The notes under the pieces were generated by a model that was not told where the DNA came from, made no database searches, and saw nothing but the letters and a program-made list of their open reading frames with translations. Below are positions 1-9,051 of a stretch of DNA of 64,000 bases, in pieces; position 1 is the first letter of the stretch, and each line of letters opens with the position of its first letter. A program made the position numbers and the translations under genes. Origin of the DNA: Chloroflexota bacterium (lineage in GTDB: Bacteria > Chloroflexota > UBA11872 > VXOZ01). The stretch lies in assembly GCA_965220045.1 (NCBI GenBank), contig OZ244803.1, forward strand, positions 1,601,585-1,665,584, given 5' to 3'.

Positions 1-22
1 GGACAGCATTGCTTACGACATC

Positions 23-343
23 ATGCGGGCTGCGTGTGTTAAGGAATTTGAACTGGTCTTGGAGCAGAGCGGCAGTCTGCTGAGCAAACGGCTAAGGCCC
101 TACTTCGCCAGCAATCAGCAGGCTGACCGGCTTACCTTCAAGGATCGCTTTCGCCATGCCGCGAAGCACGGCTTGATTTCAGTCGAAACCTGCGAACGCT
201 GGCTCACGTACCGGGATATTCGGAACGACACAGCTCACCGCTACGGCGCGGGCTTTGCCGAGACAACGCTCAAGTCGCTGCCCGCGTACATCGTTGACGC
301 CAAAGAACTGGTGCAAGTCATCGCGGAGAATGTTGATGACTGA
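23..343 (+). CDS. HEPN-domain protein (HI0074-like nucleotidyltransferase substrate-binding protein). Putative toxin of a HEPN/MNT pair. The frame is open to the window edge, so it may be 5' partial.
   Basis: 106-aa ORF with an all-alpha, HEPN-like composition and an R-x(4-6)-H-like motif (RNDTAHRYG). Its stop overlaps the start of a downstream MNT gene by 14 nt. No stop upstream in frame before position 1. Confidence 0.55.
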   Translation: MRAACVKEFELVLEQSGSLLSKRLRPYFASNQQADRLTFKDRFRHAAKHGLISVETCERWLTYRDIRNDTAHRYGAGFAETTLKSLPAYIVDAKELVQVIAENVDD

Positions 344-686
344 ACGACTAGACCTGCCCAACCGCTACCGCCGGCAAATTGAAACGCTACTGCGCAAGCA
401 CTTGCCCGGCGTGGATGCATGGGCCTACGGCAGCCGTGTCAACGGTAGCAGCCACCCCGGCAGCGATCTCGACCTGGTGCTGCGCACGTCAACGCTGGAA
501 CCGATACCGGACAGTTCGCTCCAAGAGTTTGTCGCGGCATTGGAGCGGTCGAATATTCCCATCCTCGTCCAGGCGCACGACTGGGCGCGCTTGCCGGAGA
601 GCTTCCACCGTGAAATCGAACGCGAACACATGGCCCTTGATGTAAAGCGCAACTATCCAACGACTAAGTGTGCGGCGTCTTGGTAA
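330..686 (+). CDS. Minimal nucleotidyltransferase (MNT, Pol-beta superfamily). Putative antitoxin partner of the HEPN protein.
   Basis: Nucleotidyltransferase-fold signature G-S-x(9-13)-D-x-D (AYGSRVNGSSHPGSDLDLVL). In-frame ATGs at 330 and 336 overlap the HEPN stop at 341-343 (translational coupling). The track's 5' extension to 255 is not supported. Confidence 0.65.
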   Translation: MLMTERLDLPNRYRRQIETLLRKHLPGVDAWAYGSRVNGSSHPGSDLDLVLRTSTLEPIPDSSLQEFVAALERSNIPILVQAHDWARLPESFHREIEREHMALDVKRNYPTTKCAASW

Positions 687-832
687 AATTCAGCGTCCTT
701 GACAAAGCAAAACACGAAATTCCGAGCGGCGCGCTTGGGGGATGATACGAAATGAGAGAGTTTGCGGGCTGATAGAATGGCAGGCAATGGAATTGCAACA
801 GGGTTTTCCACTCTACATCTGAGGTAGTGTCA

Positions 833-2005
833 ATGGTTTACGACCTGATTGTCCGCAACGGCGACATCATCGACCCGGTTGAGAACCGACGTTTCGTAGG
901 CGACATCGGCGTTGCCGACGGCAAGATCGCAACTTTGACGGAGGGCACGCTCGCGGGCAGCGGTCGGCAGGAGCTCAATGTAGCCGGCCATATCGTAACG
1001 CCCGGTCTGGTGGACCTGCACGGCCACTGCTACTGGGGAGTAGGCGGCACGGGACTGGACCCGGATCTGGTAGGCGCACGCCATGGTGTAACCACCTGGA
1101 TCGATCCCGGCAGCAGCGGTGCCGCTACGTTTCCTGCCTTTCGGCGCTTCATCATCGAGCAATCGCAGGTGCGGGTGGTTCCCTTGCTCAATCTCAGCGC
1201 CAAGGGTCTCGTGCATTGTCAGGATTTCGGCGAACTTTACGACATTCGTTACATCGACTCTGATCTCACTGCCGCCACCATTGAGCGTCACCGCGACCTC
1301 ATTGCCGGTATCAAAATACGCGCGGGTCGCTCCAGCACCGGTCCGATGGGCATGACCCCGCTGTGGATCGGCCGCGAACTCTGCGACCAGCTCTCAATTC
1401 CGCTCATGGTGCATATTTCGAACGTCGCGCCCACCCTTCAGGAGTTGCTCCCCATACTGCGAAAGGGCGACATCGTCACCCATTGCTTTCACGGCAAGGT
1501 GGGAGGGGTATTAATGCGTGGCCGGGTGCGCGACGAGGCGTGGGCGGCACGCGAGCGCGGCGTGCTCTTCGACATCGGTCACGGCAATAGCAGCTTTTCG
1601 TTTCCGGTTACCGAAGCCGCGCTGGAACAGGGATTTCCGCCGGACTCCATCAGTACAGACTTGCACCAAGTGAGCATTCGCAGCACGGCCCAGAGCTTTC
1701 CCCACATAATGTCCAAGTTTCTCGCCCTCGGCATGGATATCGAGACTGTAGTCCGCCTCAGCACACTCACACCGGCTCAAGCCGTGAACCGCGACCACCT
1801 CTGCGGCCGCCTCAGCGTCGGCGCTCCCGCCGACATTGCGGTATTCGGCATCAACACCGGCCACGTCACCTTCCAAGACCCGCAGGGAGAGGAGCGCGAC
1901 GGCACGGCAAGGGTAGAAAACACGCATACAATTGCGAAAGGCGTGCTCCTCGATCGCAGCCGCGATCCGTTGGGCGACAAACCGTTTCCCATGGATACGA
2001 TTTGA
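833..2005 (+). CDS. Amidohydrolase-family metal-dependent hydrolase (dihydroorotase/deacetylase-like)
   Basis: N-terminal DLIVRNGDIID...GHIVTPGLVDLHGHCYWG (HxH metal site) and later HISN..HCFHG..DIGHG motifs typical of the amidohydrolase superfamily. ATG at 833 is preceded by GAGGT; the track start at 827 is GTG. Confidence 0.6.
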   Translation: MVYDLIVRNGDIIDPVENRRFVGDIGVADGKIATLTEGTLAGSGRQELNVAGHIVTPGLVDLHGHCYWGVGGTGLDPDLVGARHGVTTWIDPGSSGAATFPAFRRFIIEQSQVRVVPLLNLSAKGLVHCQDFGELYDIRYIDSDLTAATIERHRDLIAGIKIRAGRSSTGPMGMTPLWIGRELCDQLSIPLMVHISNVAPTLQELLPILRKGDIVTHCFHGKVGGVLMRGRVRDEAWAARERGVLFDIGHGNSSFSFPVTEAALEQGFPPDSISTDLHQVSIRSTAQSFPHIMSKFLALGMDIETVVRLSTLTPAQAVNRDHLCGRLSVGAPADIAVFGINTGHVTFQDPQGEERDGTARVENTHTIAKGVLLDRSRDPLGDKPFPMDTI

Positions 2006-2054
2006 TGCGTCGCGGGCAACTGAGCGGGCAGCTCTTCTCCCGTCCCGCAGAGTA

Positions 2055-3617
2055 ATGGGCGTCATGCAAATCAAGTTCCTCCATGCGGCCGACATTCACC
2101 TCGGTTACCAGCAATACGGCTTGCCTGAGCGCTACGACGACTTCGCTGACGCATTCCAGTGGGTAGTAAACACTGCTCTCGAAGAGCGCGTCGATTTTCT
2201 CCTGATCGCGGGAGACCTGTTTGAGAAACGCACCCTCGACCCGCGCACGTTACTTATAGCCGTCATCGAATTTGAACGGCTTCAGGAAGCAGGAATCCCC
2301 GTCGTCGCCATCGAAGGCAACCACGAGCGCTCATACGGGGACAGTTTCTCCTGGCTGGAGTACCTCAATCAGAGGGACCTTCTCTATCTGTTGGACTGCT
2401 CGCGTCGCGAAGAGAGTTGGCAGCTCCAGCTGTGGAACCAAGTAGAACGGACCGGAGGGTACGTAGATCTTGCCGGTGCGCGAGTCTACGGCCTCAGATA
2501 TCAAGGCGCTCAGACCGGCGCGGCATTGAATGAAATTGGCTCGGCAATTGCCGCTGCCCCACCACATGGCGCGGCGTTCTCCGTATTTGTCGCCCACACT
2601 TCTGTGGAAGGCTATTTCGACCAAGGTCACCCATTCGCGCGCCAGCAGGACTTGGCTTCTCTCCGGCGGTGCATAGACTATCTCGCTCTTGGGCACGTTC
2701 ACGCGCCGTACAAGGGCGTTGTCGGCAATGGGGATTGGTTCTACAATCCGGGGAGTCCGGAATCGTGGAGCAGCGAAGAGTGGCAATACCAAAGCAAGGG
2801 CGCTTTCCTCGTACAGGTCGACACCGATCGGGAGCCAACCTTCAAAGCTGAGCCGCGCAACTATCCCGGTCGCCGGCCTTTCGTGCGCATCCGGCAAGAA
2901 CTGGATGCCTGCCCGAGCCCGGGTGTGCTCATGAGACTATTGGAGGAGAAGATTCAGCGCGAACCGCTGCCGAGCGCCGTCACAGAGTCGGAGCCGGAGA
3001 ACGCCACGCCACAGGGCATTTCAGACAACCAACGCCTTGCAACAAAGTCCCCGGTGGTGGAGATCGTGCTCACTGGTGTCGCACGCTTTGCCCGCACGGA
3101 GATCGATACAGCAGCTATTGAGCAACTAGCTAGAAAACACTTCGATCCGCTGCTCGTCCGCGTTCGTTCAACCTTGCAGGAAGCCCCAACCAGCGTGGTT
3201 GAGGACGGCCATGTCCTCCCGCGAGAAGTCCTTGAACGCACGGTCATTGAAGACCTCATTCGCGCCGATGATCGCTATGCCTCAGCGGCGGGTGATCTAG
3301 GCCAAAGCGCAATTCTGCTCAAGCAAATGGTCCTCGACGGAGTACCGGCCGCCGAGATTGCAGACGAATTGCAGCGCCGCCTACGTGTGCTTTCAGGTAC
3401 TGGAAGAGACGGCGTGCAGGGACAGACCGTGGCTAGCCTGCAGGAACGCACGGCGTCCCAAGGGAGTGGTAAAGACTTGACCGAAAGCGCCCCGGCCGCG
3501 CCTCCAGAGAGTGCTGAAGAGCAGGCGCCGGAGGCACAGCCCGATGAGACCATCGCGCAAGGGTCATTAATCCGGGCCGCTACCACAAGCGATGGGCATT
3601 CCAGCTCAACGGACTAG
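2055..3617 (+). CDS. sbcD: SbcD/Mre11-family DNA double-strand-break repair nuclease
   Basis: Calcineurin-like phosphoesterase motifs in SbcD order: FLHAADIHLG, IAGDLFE, IEGNHE, GHVH. Lies immediately upstream of sbcC (7-nt gap). Start taken at the internal ATG (MGVMQIKF); 2064 is possible. The upstream track extension overlaps the amidohydrolase. Confidence 0.8.
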   Translation: MGVMQIKFLHAADIHLGYQQYGLPERYDDFADAFQWVVNTALEERVDFLLIAGDLFEKRTLDPRTLLIAVIEFERLQEAGIPVVAIEGNHERSYGDSFSWLEYLNQRDLLYLLDCSRREESWQLQLWNQVERTGGYVDLAGARVYGLRYQGAQTGAALNEIGSAIAAAPPHGAAFSVFVAHTSVEGYFDQGHPFARQQDLASLRRCIDYLALGHVHAPYKGVVGNGDWFYNPGSPESWSSEEWQYQSKGAFLVQVDTDREPTFKAEPRNYPGRRPFVRIRQELDACPSPGVLMRLLEEKIQREPLPSAVTESEPENATPQGISDNQRLATKSPVVEIVLTGVARFARTEIDTAAIEQLARKHFDPLLVRVRSTLQEAPTSVVEDGHVLPREVLERTVIEDLIRADDRYASAAGDLGQSAILLKQMVLDGVPAAEIADELQRRLRVLSGTGRDGVQGQTVASLQERTASQGSGKDLTESAPAAPPESAEEQAPEAQPDETIAQGSLIRAATTSDGHSSSTD

Positions 3618-3623
3618 CGAACC

Positions 3624-6533
3624 ATGCGCGTTACCCAAGTCTCTCTCAAGAACATTAAGAGCTACCAGGAAGCCTCGATCTGCTTGCCGCAGGGCACGAT
3701 TGCGATTTCCGGGCCGAATGGCGCCGGCAAGAGCACCATTCTCGAAGCCATTGGCTTTGCGCTTTTCGACTTCTTGCCGTACCGCAATCAGCGTGACTTC
3801 ATGCGCCACAATGCCCTGGAGGCCGATGTGCGGGTGACGTTTCTCTCGCGCTTGGATGAGTGCCGGTATCAGGCGGTGCGTACGCTCAAGCGCGCCACCG
3901 GCAGTACGGAGACCGTAACTTCGACGTACTATGTCTATAGCCTAGACAGAAGTGAGCGTGTGGCCCAGCAGAAGCAGGCAGTGCAAGACTTCCTGCGGGC
4001 GCACATCGGCCTGGAAGATTACGACGACTTGGCGCGCGTCTTCGACAATGTTCTTGGTGTGCCGCAAGGTCGCCTGACTGCAGACTTTCAGCTTACACCG
4101 GCCCAGCGCAAGAGCACTTTTGATCCCCTGCTGCACGTCGACACGTACCGCCACGCCTATGATCGACTGCGGGATGTCCTTGACACTCTGCAAGGAAGAG
4201 CCTCGGACCAGGAGCGGCGCGTCTCTGCGCTGGAGCCGGAGGCGGCGCGACTACCGGAAGCTGTTGCCGCGCTCGCGGGATTTGAAGAGCAGCAAGCGGT
4301 TGCCGCACTGGAAGCCCGCAAACTGGCCGCAACGCAAGCGGAATTGCAGGATGAATTGCAGCGCCTGGAAGCGCAGCGGCGCACACTTGAGCAACAACGA
4401 GACCTTGCCAAGCGCCTCACACAGCAGCAAGCCCTCTTGCAGAGTCGCCTTGAGGCCGAGCACGAGCATGTCAACAGCGCCAAGCACGCGGTGGCGCTCA
4501 CGGGTTCGGCCGCCCCGGGGTACGCCTCCTTTCGCCGGGCGCAAGCAGAGCTTGCCAAACTTGAAGAGGACCGCGCGTCTGCCGAAGCGCTGAGCAAAAC
4601 CGGGCACGCTGCGGAGAGAAAGCTTGTAGCCTTGCAGACCCGGCAGGAGGCACTTGAAGCGGCGGTGGAAGAGGCCAGCACAGCGGCGGCGCAAAGAGAC
4701 GCGCTCATGCCGCAAGTGGCTGAACAAGAGCGTTTGGAAGCGTTGGTGCAGGATTTCAATGTCAATCTTGGCTTCGCGCGCCAGTTTGGGGAGCAGGCAA
4801 CACAAGTGCTGGGGAGAGTTGCCGTAGACGACGAAATTCGACTAACCCATGCAGCGAGTGACCTGCCCGCAGAGACTGCGTCTGCCGCAACTGCGCGTGC
4901 CCAGCTTGAGAACCAGCACAAGCATCTGCAGGAAGTCGGGCTCTGGCTCGAACAACGCACGGATTTACGAAATCGCCACCAACGCTTGCAGTCCGAGCAA
5001 AAAGAGTTCAAGAAAGCGGTGGCGCACTGTGAATCGTTCATGCCGGCTGCAGCGCGCTTGGACGGGCTGGAGCAGCAATTGCAGGGGGTACGGGACCGGA
5101 TTAGCGCTTACGCAGCGCAACGTCGTTTCAATCAAGAATCGCAGGCGATGGCCGCCGACGGTCTATGTCCATTCTTTAGGGACACTTGCCCGAAAGTGGA
5201 TGATGGCCAAAGCCTCATTCCAGTCATCGCCCGCCTAATACGTGACTCCGCGGGTCGGGCCGAACAGGCGCAGGCTGAAAGACAAGAGCTAGAAGTAGCT
5301 GTTGCCGAGGCCGAGGCCGCGCAGAAGCAAGTGGACCGCCTTCATGATCTCACGCCCCGCTTACGGCAGCTTGAAGGAGAACTGCACGACATTGAGGCGC
5401 AGATTCAAGACCTGTCACACCGTATCGGCAAGCGCCTCCACGGCGCATGGTCGGCACCGGCTATTGCGGCGCTGCTCGCGCAACTGCAAGCTACGGGCGA
5501 GTCGCTCGAGCGGCAGCGTGCAGAACTGGGCAATCCTCGCCAGGCCGCGGAGCGTCTGTACGGTACCGCCAACGAGTACACACAACGCGCGGAAGCATTG
5601 ACTGCGGCTAAGCGCGAACACGATGCGATCGAAGGGGAAGTCAGCTCCATTGCCGAGAGACTGGCGCCGTACGCGGACCTCGAAGAACGAGTGCGAATGC
5701 AACGCCAAACAGTTGAAGCCCACCGAGCAGACTACGAGGTCTACTTGCAGCACGAGAAAACGGCCGCCGAACTGCCACGACGCGAAGAGTCATTGGCAGC
5801 CCTCGTGGCTGATACGGAAGAGAATACGCGGGCTGTGGCGGAGTCTCAACACCTTCTTGCGGAGTGCGAGGAAGCCTGGGATCCGACCGCGCTCGCGGCA
5901 GCGCAAGCGCGCCTAAACCAGACTCAGAGCCAATTAGGGGCAGCCAACGAACGGCGCCGCCTTCTCGGTGAGCAGATCGAGCGGGCTCAGCGGGAAGTCG
6001 CTGGGCTGGAAGAAGCGACGCGGGATTTAAGCGAGGCCAGACAAGCGCTGGAAGAGGCATGCAACGTGCTGGCGGTTGCGGGCTTCTTGCGCAACGTCAT
6101 TCGCGACGCCGGCCCCCACATCACGCTGCACCTTATCCAGCAGATTTCCGCGGAGGCCAATACGCTCTTCAGTGAGGTCATGGGGGACGCTTCCGCCGAA
6201 CTTTCCCTCACTGAAGACTATGACATCATCCTGGAGCAACACGGGCACCGGCGCGCATTCGCGCAGTTGTCCGGCGGCGAGCAGATGAGCGCGGCGGTCG
6301 CCGTCCGGCTTGGCTTGTTGCGGCAATTGTCCGACATCAACATTGCCTTCTTCGACGAGCCCACCCAGAATATGGATGCCGAGCGCCGCCACAATCTGGC
6401 CGAGCAACTCGAACGCGTGACGGGGTTCAACCAACTCTTCGTCATCAGCCACGACGATACCTTCGAACCTATGGTCTCCACGGTGTTGCGAGTACGCAAG
6501 GAGAATGGCGTGAGCACGGTGGAAGTGGAGTAG
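3624..6533 (+). CDS. sbcC: SbcC/Rad50-family SMC-like ATPase
   Basis: N-terminal Walker A (ISGPNGAGKSTILEAIGFALF). About 650 aa of Q/A/E/L/R-rich predicted coiled coil with a central cysteine pair (LCPFFRDTCP, candidate zinc hook). C-terminal ABC signature LSGGEQMSAAVAVRLGL and Walker B/D-loop IAFFDEPTQNMD. Confidence 0.85.
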   Translation: MRVTQVSLKNIKSYQEASICLPQGTIAISGPNGAGKSTILEAIGFALFDFLPYRNQRDFMRHNALEADVRVTFLSRLDECRYQAVRTLKRATGSTETVTSTYYVYSLDRSERVAQQKQAVQDFLRAHIGLEDYDDLARVFDNVLGVPQGRLTADFQLTPAQRKSTFDPLLHVDTYRHAYDRLRDVLDTLQGRASDQERRVSALEPEAARLPEAVAALAGFEEQQAVAALEARKLAATQAELQDELQRLEAQRRTLEQQRDLAKRLTQQQALLQSRLEAEHEHVNSAKHAVALTGSAAPGYASFRRAQAELAKLEEDRASAEALSKTGHAAERKLVALQTRQEALEAAVEEASTAAAQRDALMPQVAEQERLEALVQDFNVNLGFARQFGEQATQVLGRVAVDDEIRLTHAASDLPAETASAATARAQLENQHKHLQEVGLWLEQRTDLRNRHQRLQSEQKEFKKAVAHCESFMPAAARLDGLEQQLQGVRDRISAYAAQRRFNQESQAMAADGLCPFFRDTCPKVDDGQSLIPVIARLIRDSAGRAEQAQAERQELEVAVAEAEAAQKQVDRLHDLTPRLRQLEGELHDIEAQIQDLSHRIGKRLHGAWSAPAIAALLAQLQATGESLERQRAELGNPRQAAERLYGTANEYTQRAEALTAAKREHDAIEGEVSSIAERLAPYADLEERVRMQRQTVEAHRADYEVYLQHEKTAAELPRREESLAALVADTEENTRAVAESQHLLAECEEAWDPTALAAAQARLNQTQSQLGAANERRRLLGEQIERAQREVAGLEEATRDLSEARQALEEACNVLAVAGFLRNVIRDAGPHITLHLIQQISAEANTLFSEVMGDASAELSLTEDYDIILEQHGHRRAFAQLSGGEQMSAAVAVRLGLLRQLSDINIAFFDEPTQNMDAERRHNLAEQLERVTGFNQLFVISHDDTFEPMVSTVLRVRKENGVSTVEVE

Positions 6534-6567
6534 CGGTTAGTTTGGCGACTAATGGCCCCAATCATCG

Positions 6568-7860
6568 GTGGTCTCAATCTGCTATGGCTATGCGTGCCAC
6601 TATAGTCTTGTCCGCCAAGCGTGCAATTGGCCGACCCATCAAACAAGCGCGGAGCGATTTGTGTTCTACAGTGACAAAGTGATCAATGCGCTCAGTCAGA
6701 AGCGCGCGGAACTGACGCAGCTCGATGCAGAGCAACAGGCCCGTCTGCGGGAGCTGTTTGCCGCGTGTGATGGGCTCTCAGGCATGACCTCGGCGGACAT
6801 TCGCGCACGCCTTGCTTCCGTGGAAGCGCCGGGTGCCTTGCCAACCGAGGAGTTCGACAGTGTGCCGGGCTTCAAAGTCCAGTTTCCGGAAGTTTGGGAC
6901 AATCTCTCGGCAATGCGTCTATGGGCATCGAAAATTCTTGCGGGTGTCACCGTGTGTGCCGTAGACGGCAGTCAATTGCCCGCCAGTAAGGACTTTCCTC
7001 TGCCTGTTGCGGTTGCTCAAGTCGCCTGGTTTACCAATCCACATGCCGCAGACTCGCCGCACGAGAAAGACGCGCACGTCGAGGTGCTGACGCCGCAAGA
7101 GCTACTGAAAGAGAATGTAGACGCGAGTCTCATGGTCGCTCTGCATCGCTACGAGCTTGAAGTAGCACGGATCAACACGTTCATGCGCGAGCAGTGTTCC
7201 CGAGACGAGCGCGCGGTTGCCCTCTTCGACGGCTCGCTAACCGTGACATTCGCCGGCTCCTATTCGGATGAAGTGCGCAAACGGTATCGCGCAGCGGCAG
7301 TAAGCATGCTGCGCACGTCGGAAGAGTGTCGCATTCCGCTCGTGGCCTATATCGACCGCTCGCGTGCCAACGACTTCACGACGATGCTCTGCCATTTAGG
7401 CGGCATCAGTCGTGCCAATGCTTCACTGATCAGCGACGCGGCAGTCTTGGATAGGCTCATAGACAATGAAGGTTTTTGGCGGACTGCCGCATTCGTGTGC
7501 CAGCGTCCGGACGTGGCAAAGAGTGAGAACTACCAAGACAACCAATCCGGCGAGACCTATAGCGACCAGATTTGCTTTACGTACGTGAAACTCAACAGCG
7601 GGCGGCCCGTCCGGCTGGAGTTTCCCAGGTGGCTGCTCCGCGCCGGTCTGCTTGACAGCGTGATAGACTGGGTGCGAGCCGAGGCGATCGTTGGCGGCGG
7701 GTATCCGTACGCCATCCAAGCGGCCGACGCTGCCGCCGTGATTACTTTTCAGGACCGCCAGCGATTTATGCGCGCCCTGGAAGAGTTCGGCCGTCACCAC
7801 AACATCGGTACCTTGCAGGCATCCGCGAAGCAGGCCAGTAAAGAGCGGCGACGGGCGTGA
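6568..7860 (+). CDS. nurA: NurA-like 5'-3' nuclease (RNase H-like fold) candidate
   Basis: Sits 35 nt after sbcC on the same strand. Contains a (hydrophobic)4-D-G-S motif (VCAVDGSQLP) resembling NurA motif I. Size (about 400-430 aa) and the Mre11/Rad50/HerA neighbourhood fit NurA. The start is GTG and uncertain (other in-frame GTGs near 6661/6682). Confidence 0.45.
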   Translation: MVSICYGYACHYSLVRQACNWPTHQTSAERFVFYSDKVINALSQKRAELTQLDAEQQARLRELFAACDGLSGMTSADIRARLASVEAPGALPTEEFDSVPGFKVQFPEVWDNLSAMRLWASKILAGVTVCAVDGSQLPASKDFPLPVAVAQVAWFTNPHAADSPHEKDAHVEVLTPQELLKENVDASLMVALHRYELEVARINTFMREQCSRDERAVALFDGSLTVTFAGSYSDEVRKRYRAAAVSMLRTSEECRIPLVAYIDRSRANDFTTMLCHLGGISRANASLISDAAVLDRLIDNEGFWRTAAFVCQRPDVAKSENYQDNQSGETYSDQICFTYVKLNSGRPVRLEFPRWLLRAGLLDSVIDWVRAEAIVGGGYPYAIQAADAAAVITFQDRQRFMRALEEFGRHHNIGTLQASAKQASKERRRA

Positions 7861-7934
7861 ATTCTCAGGAGTCGGTGTGCGGGCGTGAGTGTGCAGGCCT
7901 GGATGTACACTGTATTAGCATTGTTCGCGGAGTC

Positions 7935-8060
7935 ACCGTTCGCCCCCGTATCGAGTACGGGGCAAGCTCTGAGCCTGCCTGTCCTGAGCTTGCCGAAGGG
8001 TCGCAGGGCACTTGTACATGCTTCGACAGGGCTACGGCGAAGCAGTCTCACAGTACGAAT
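7935..8060. repeat. Family-A dispersed palindromic repeat (REP/MITE-like), copy 1
   Basis: Contains CCCCGTATCGAGTACGGGG hairpin plus GCAAGCTCTGAGCCTGCCTGTCCTGAGCTTGCCGAAGGGTCG. The same modules recur near 13.3, 26.4, 29.4, 37.05, 40.78 and 53.43 kb. Confidence 0.7.
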
Positions 8061-8126
8061 GAAAAGCATAGGCTCTGCAAACACGCACCAAATGACAATA
8101 TGACCAGGCTGTAAGAGGCGGCAACC

Positions 8127-8723
8127 ATGCCAGTGATCGGGCGCATCGTCAAGTCCAATTCCCATACCGACTACGTTTGCCAAGTCTTCGCTCCACGGGA
8201 GACGGAGCACGATCCCGATCCACGCGATTACGCCTTCGGACGCTTCGTAAAGGCCCCAATTGGTCCTGCCGATGGGCGCACAGCCGTCGGTATCGTCTAC
8301 GACACCATTCTCCTCAATCCGGAATATGGCAGCCTCGGCCCCCGCTTGAATCCTCCCTCCGAGCAGGCGATGCTCGCGCCGGATTACCTTATGGAAAAGG
8401 CGACGGCAGTCGGCATCATCGTCGTTGGACTGCAGCATGGGGATGCAATCGAGCACGGGGTCATTCGGCTCTCACTCCCCGTTGACGCGGAGGTCACCAG
8501 CCTGGATGACGCGGAAACCCGCCGCTTCCACCTAGTAGACGGAAAGCTCACGCTTGGCTATCTTCCCAGCCTCGTCTCGCATTCAAGTCCCTTGGTCACA
8601 GAGCTGGGGCTCGGCGTCATTCGTCATCTTCTCACGCTCTTCGACGATCCGGGCGACCAGCGCCTGCTGCGCACGCTCGCCTCTCACTTCTCCTGGCAGG
8701 CGAGAGTCACGCCGCTTGGCTAG
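8127..8723 (+). CDS. Hypothetical protein (198 aa) embedded between the NurA-like and HerA-like genes
   Basis: ATG preceded by AGAGG and protein-like composition. No family recognised. The N-terminus (VIGRIVKSNSHTDYVCQVF...GRFVKAPIG...AVGIVYDTILLN) weakly resembles the N-terminal barrel region of the downstream HerA-like protein (IVGIAKGPGDTPNEYTFVT...). Confidence 0.4.
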   Translation: MPVIGRIVKSNSHTDYVCQVFAPRETEHDPDPRDYAFGRFVKAPIGPADGRTAVGIVYDTILLNPEYGSLGPRLNPPSEQAMLAPDYLMEKATAVGIIVVGLQHGDAIEHGVIRLSLPVDAEVTSLDDAETRRFHLVDGKLTLGYLPSLVSHSSPLVTELGLGVIRHLLTLFDDPGDQRLLRTLASHFSWQARVTPLG

Positions 8724-9051
8724 AATTCATCGAATTCATGCTCCGCTTTGTGTAGACCCGCCCATCGCCAGGCTTCGAACCTGCCACAGCGTGACCGTAC
8801 CTCGGCGCAGGCCTGCAACCGGCGCTACCGTGCCTGCAATTGGCCATGCTATGCATCTCTGCGTTTGATGTGACAGCACCGGGGCCTGGCTCCCACTTCT
8901 TGACGCGCAAAATCAATACGATCTAGGGCATGGCGGTTAGCTGTAGAAGCAACGCATGAATGCCTGTCCCATCCGCTAGTGGTGCGGTAGCTCTGGTAAA
9001 CTAAACGGGCACACGAAGACCCTCCCGCAAACAGAACGAGGCAATGAGCGT

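Noticed and set aside
2331-2897. 188-aa minus-strand ORF inside sbcD, and many similar long antisense ORFs (e.g. 9001-9696, 11973-13010, 18531-19694, 19903-20820, 21089-22171, 30104-31003, 37616-38263, 40909-42024, 53571-54311, 56372-56917)
   Set aside because: A high-GC genome yields long stop-free antisense frames. All lie opposite genes with clear family motifs, have Arg/Ala/Gly-biased composition and lack ribosome-binding sites.
4157-5041. 294-aa and 184-aa minus-strand ORFs inside sbcC
   Set aside because: Cys/Ser/Ala/Arg-rich low-complexity translations that are the antisense shadow of the Q/A/E/L-rich coiled-coil coding region. No RBS, and wholly contained within a strongly supported gene.
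7857-8114. 85-aa and 72-aa ORFs between the NurA-like gene and the 198-aa ORF
   Set aside because: They run through the family-A palindromic repeat copy. The translation is low complexity and the same DNA recurs in other intergenic sites.
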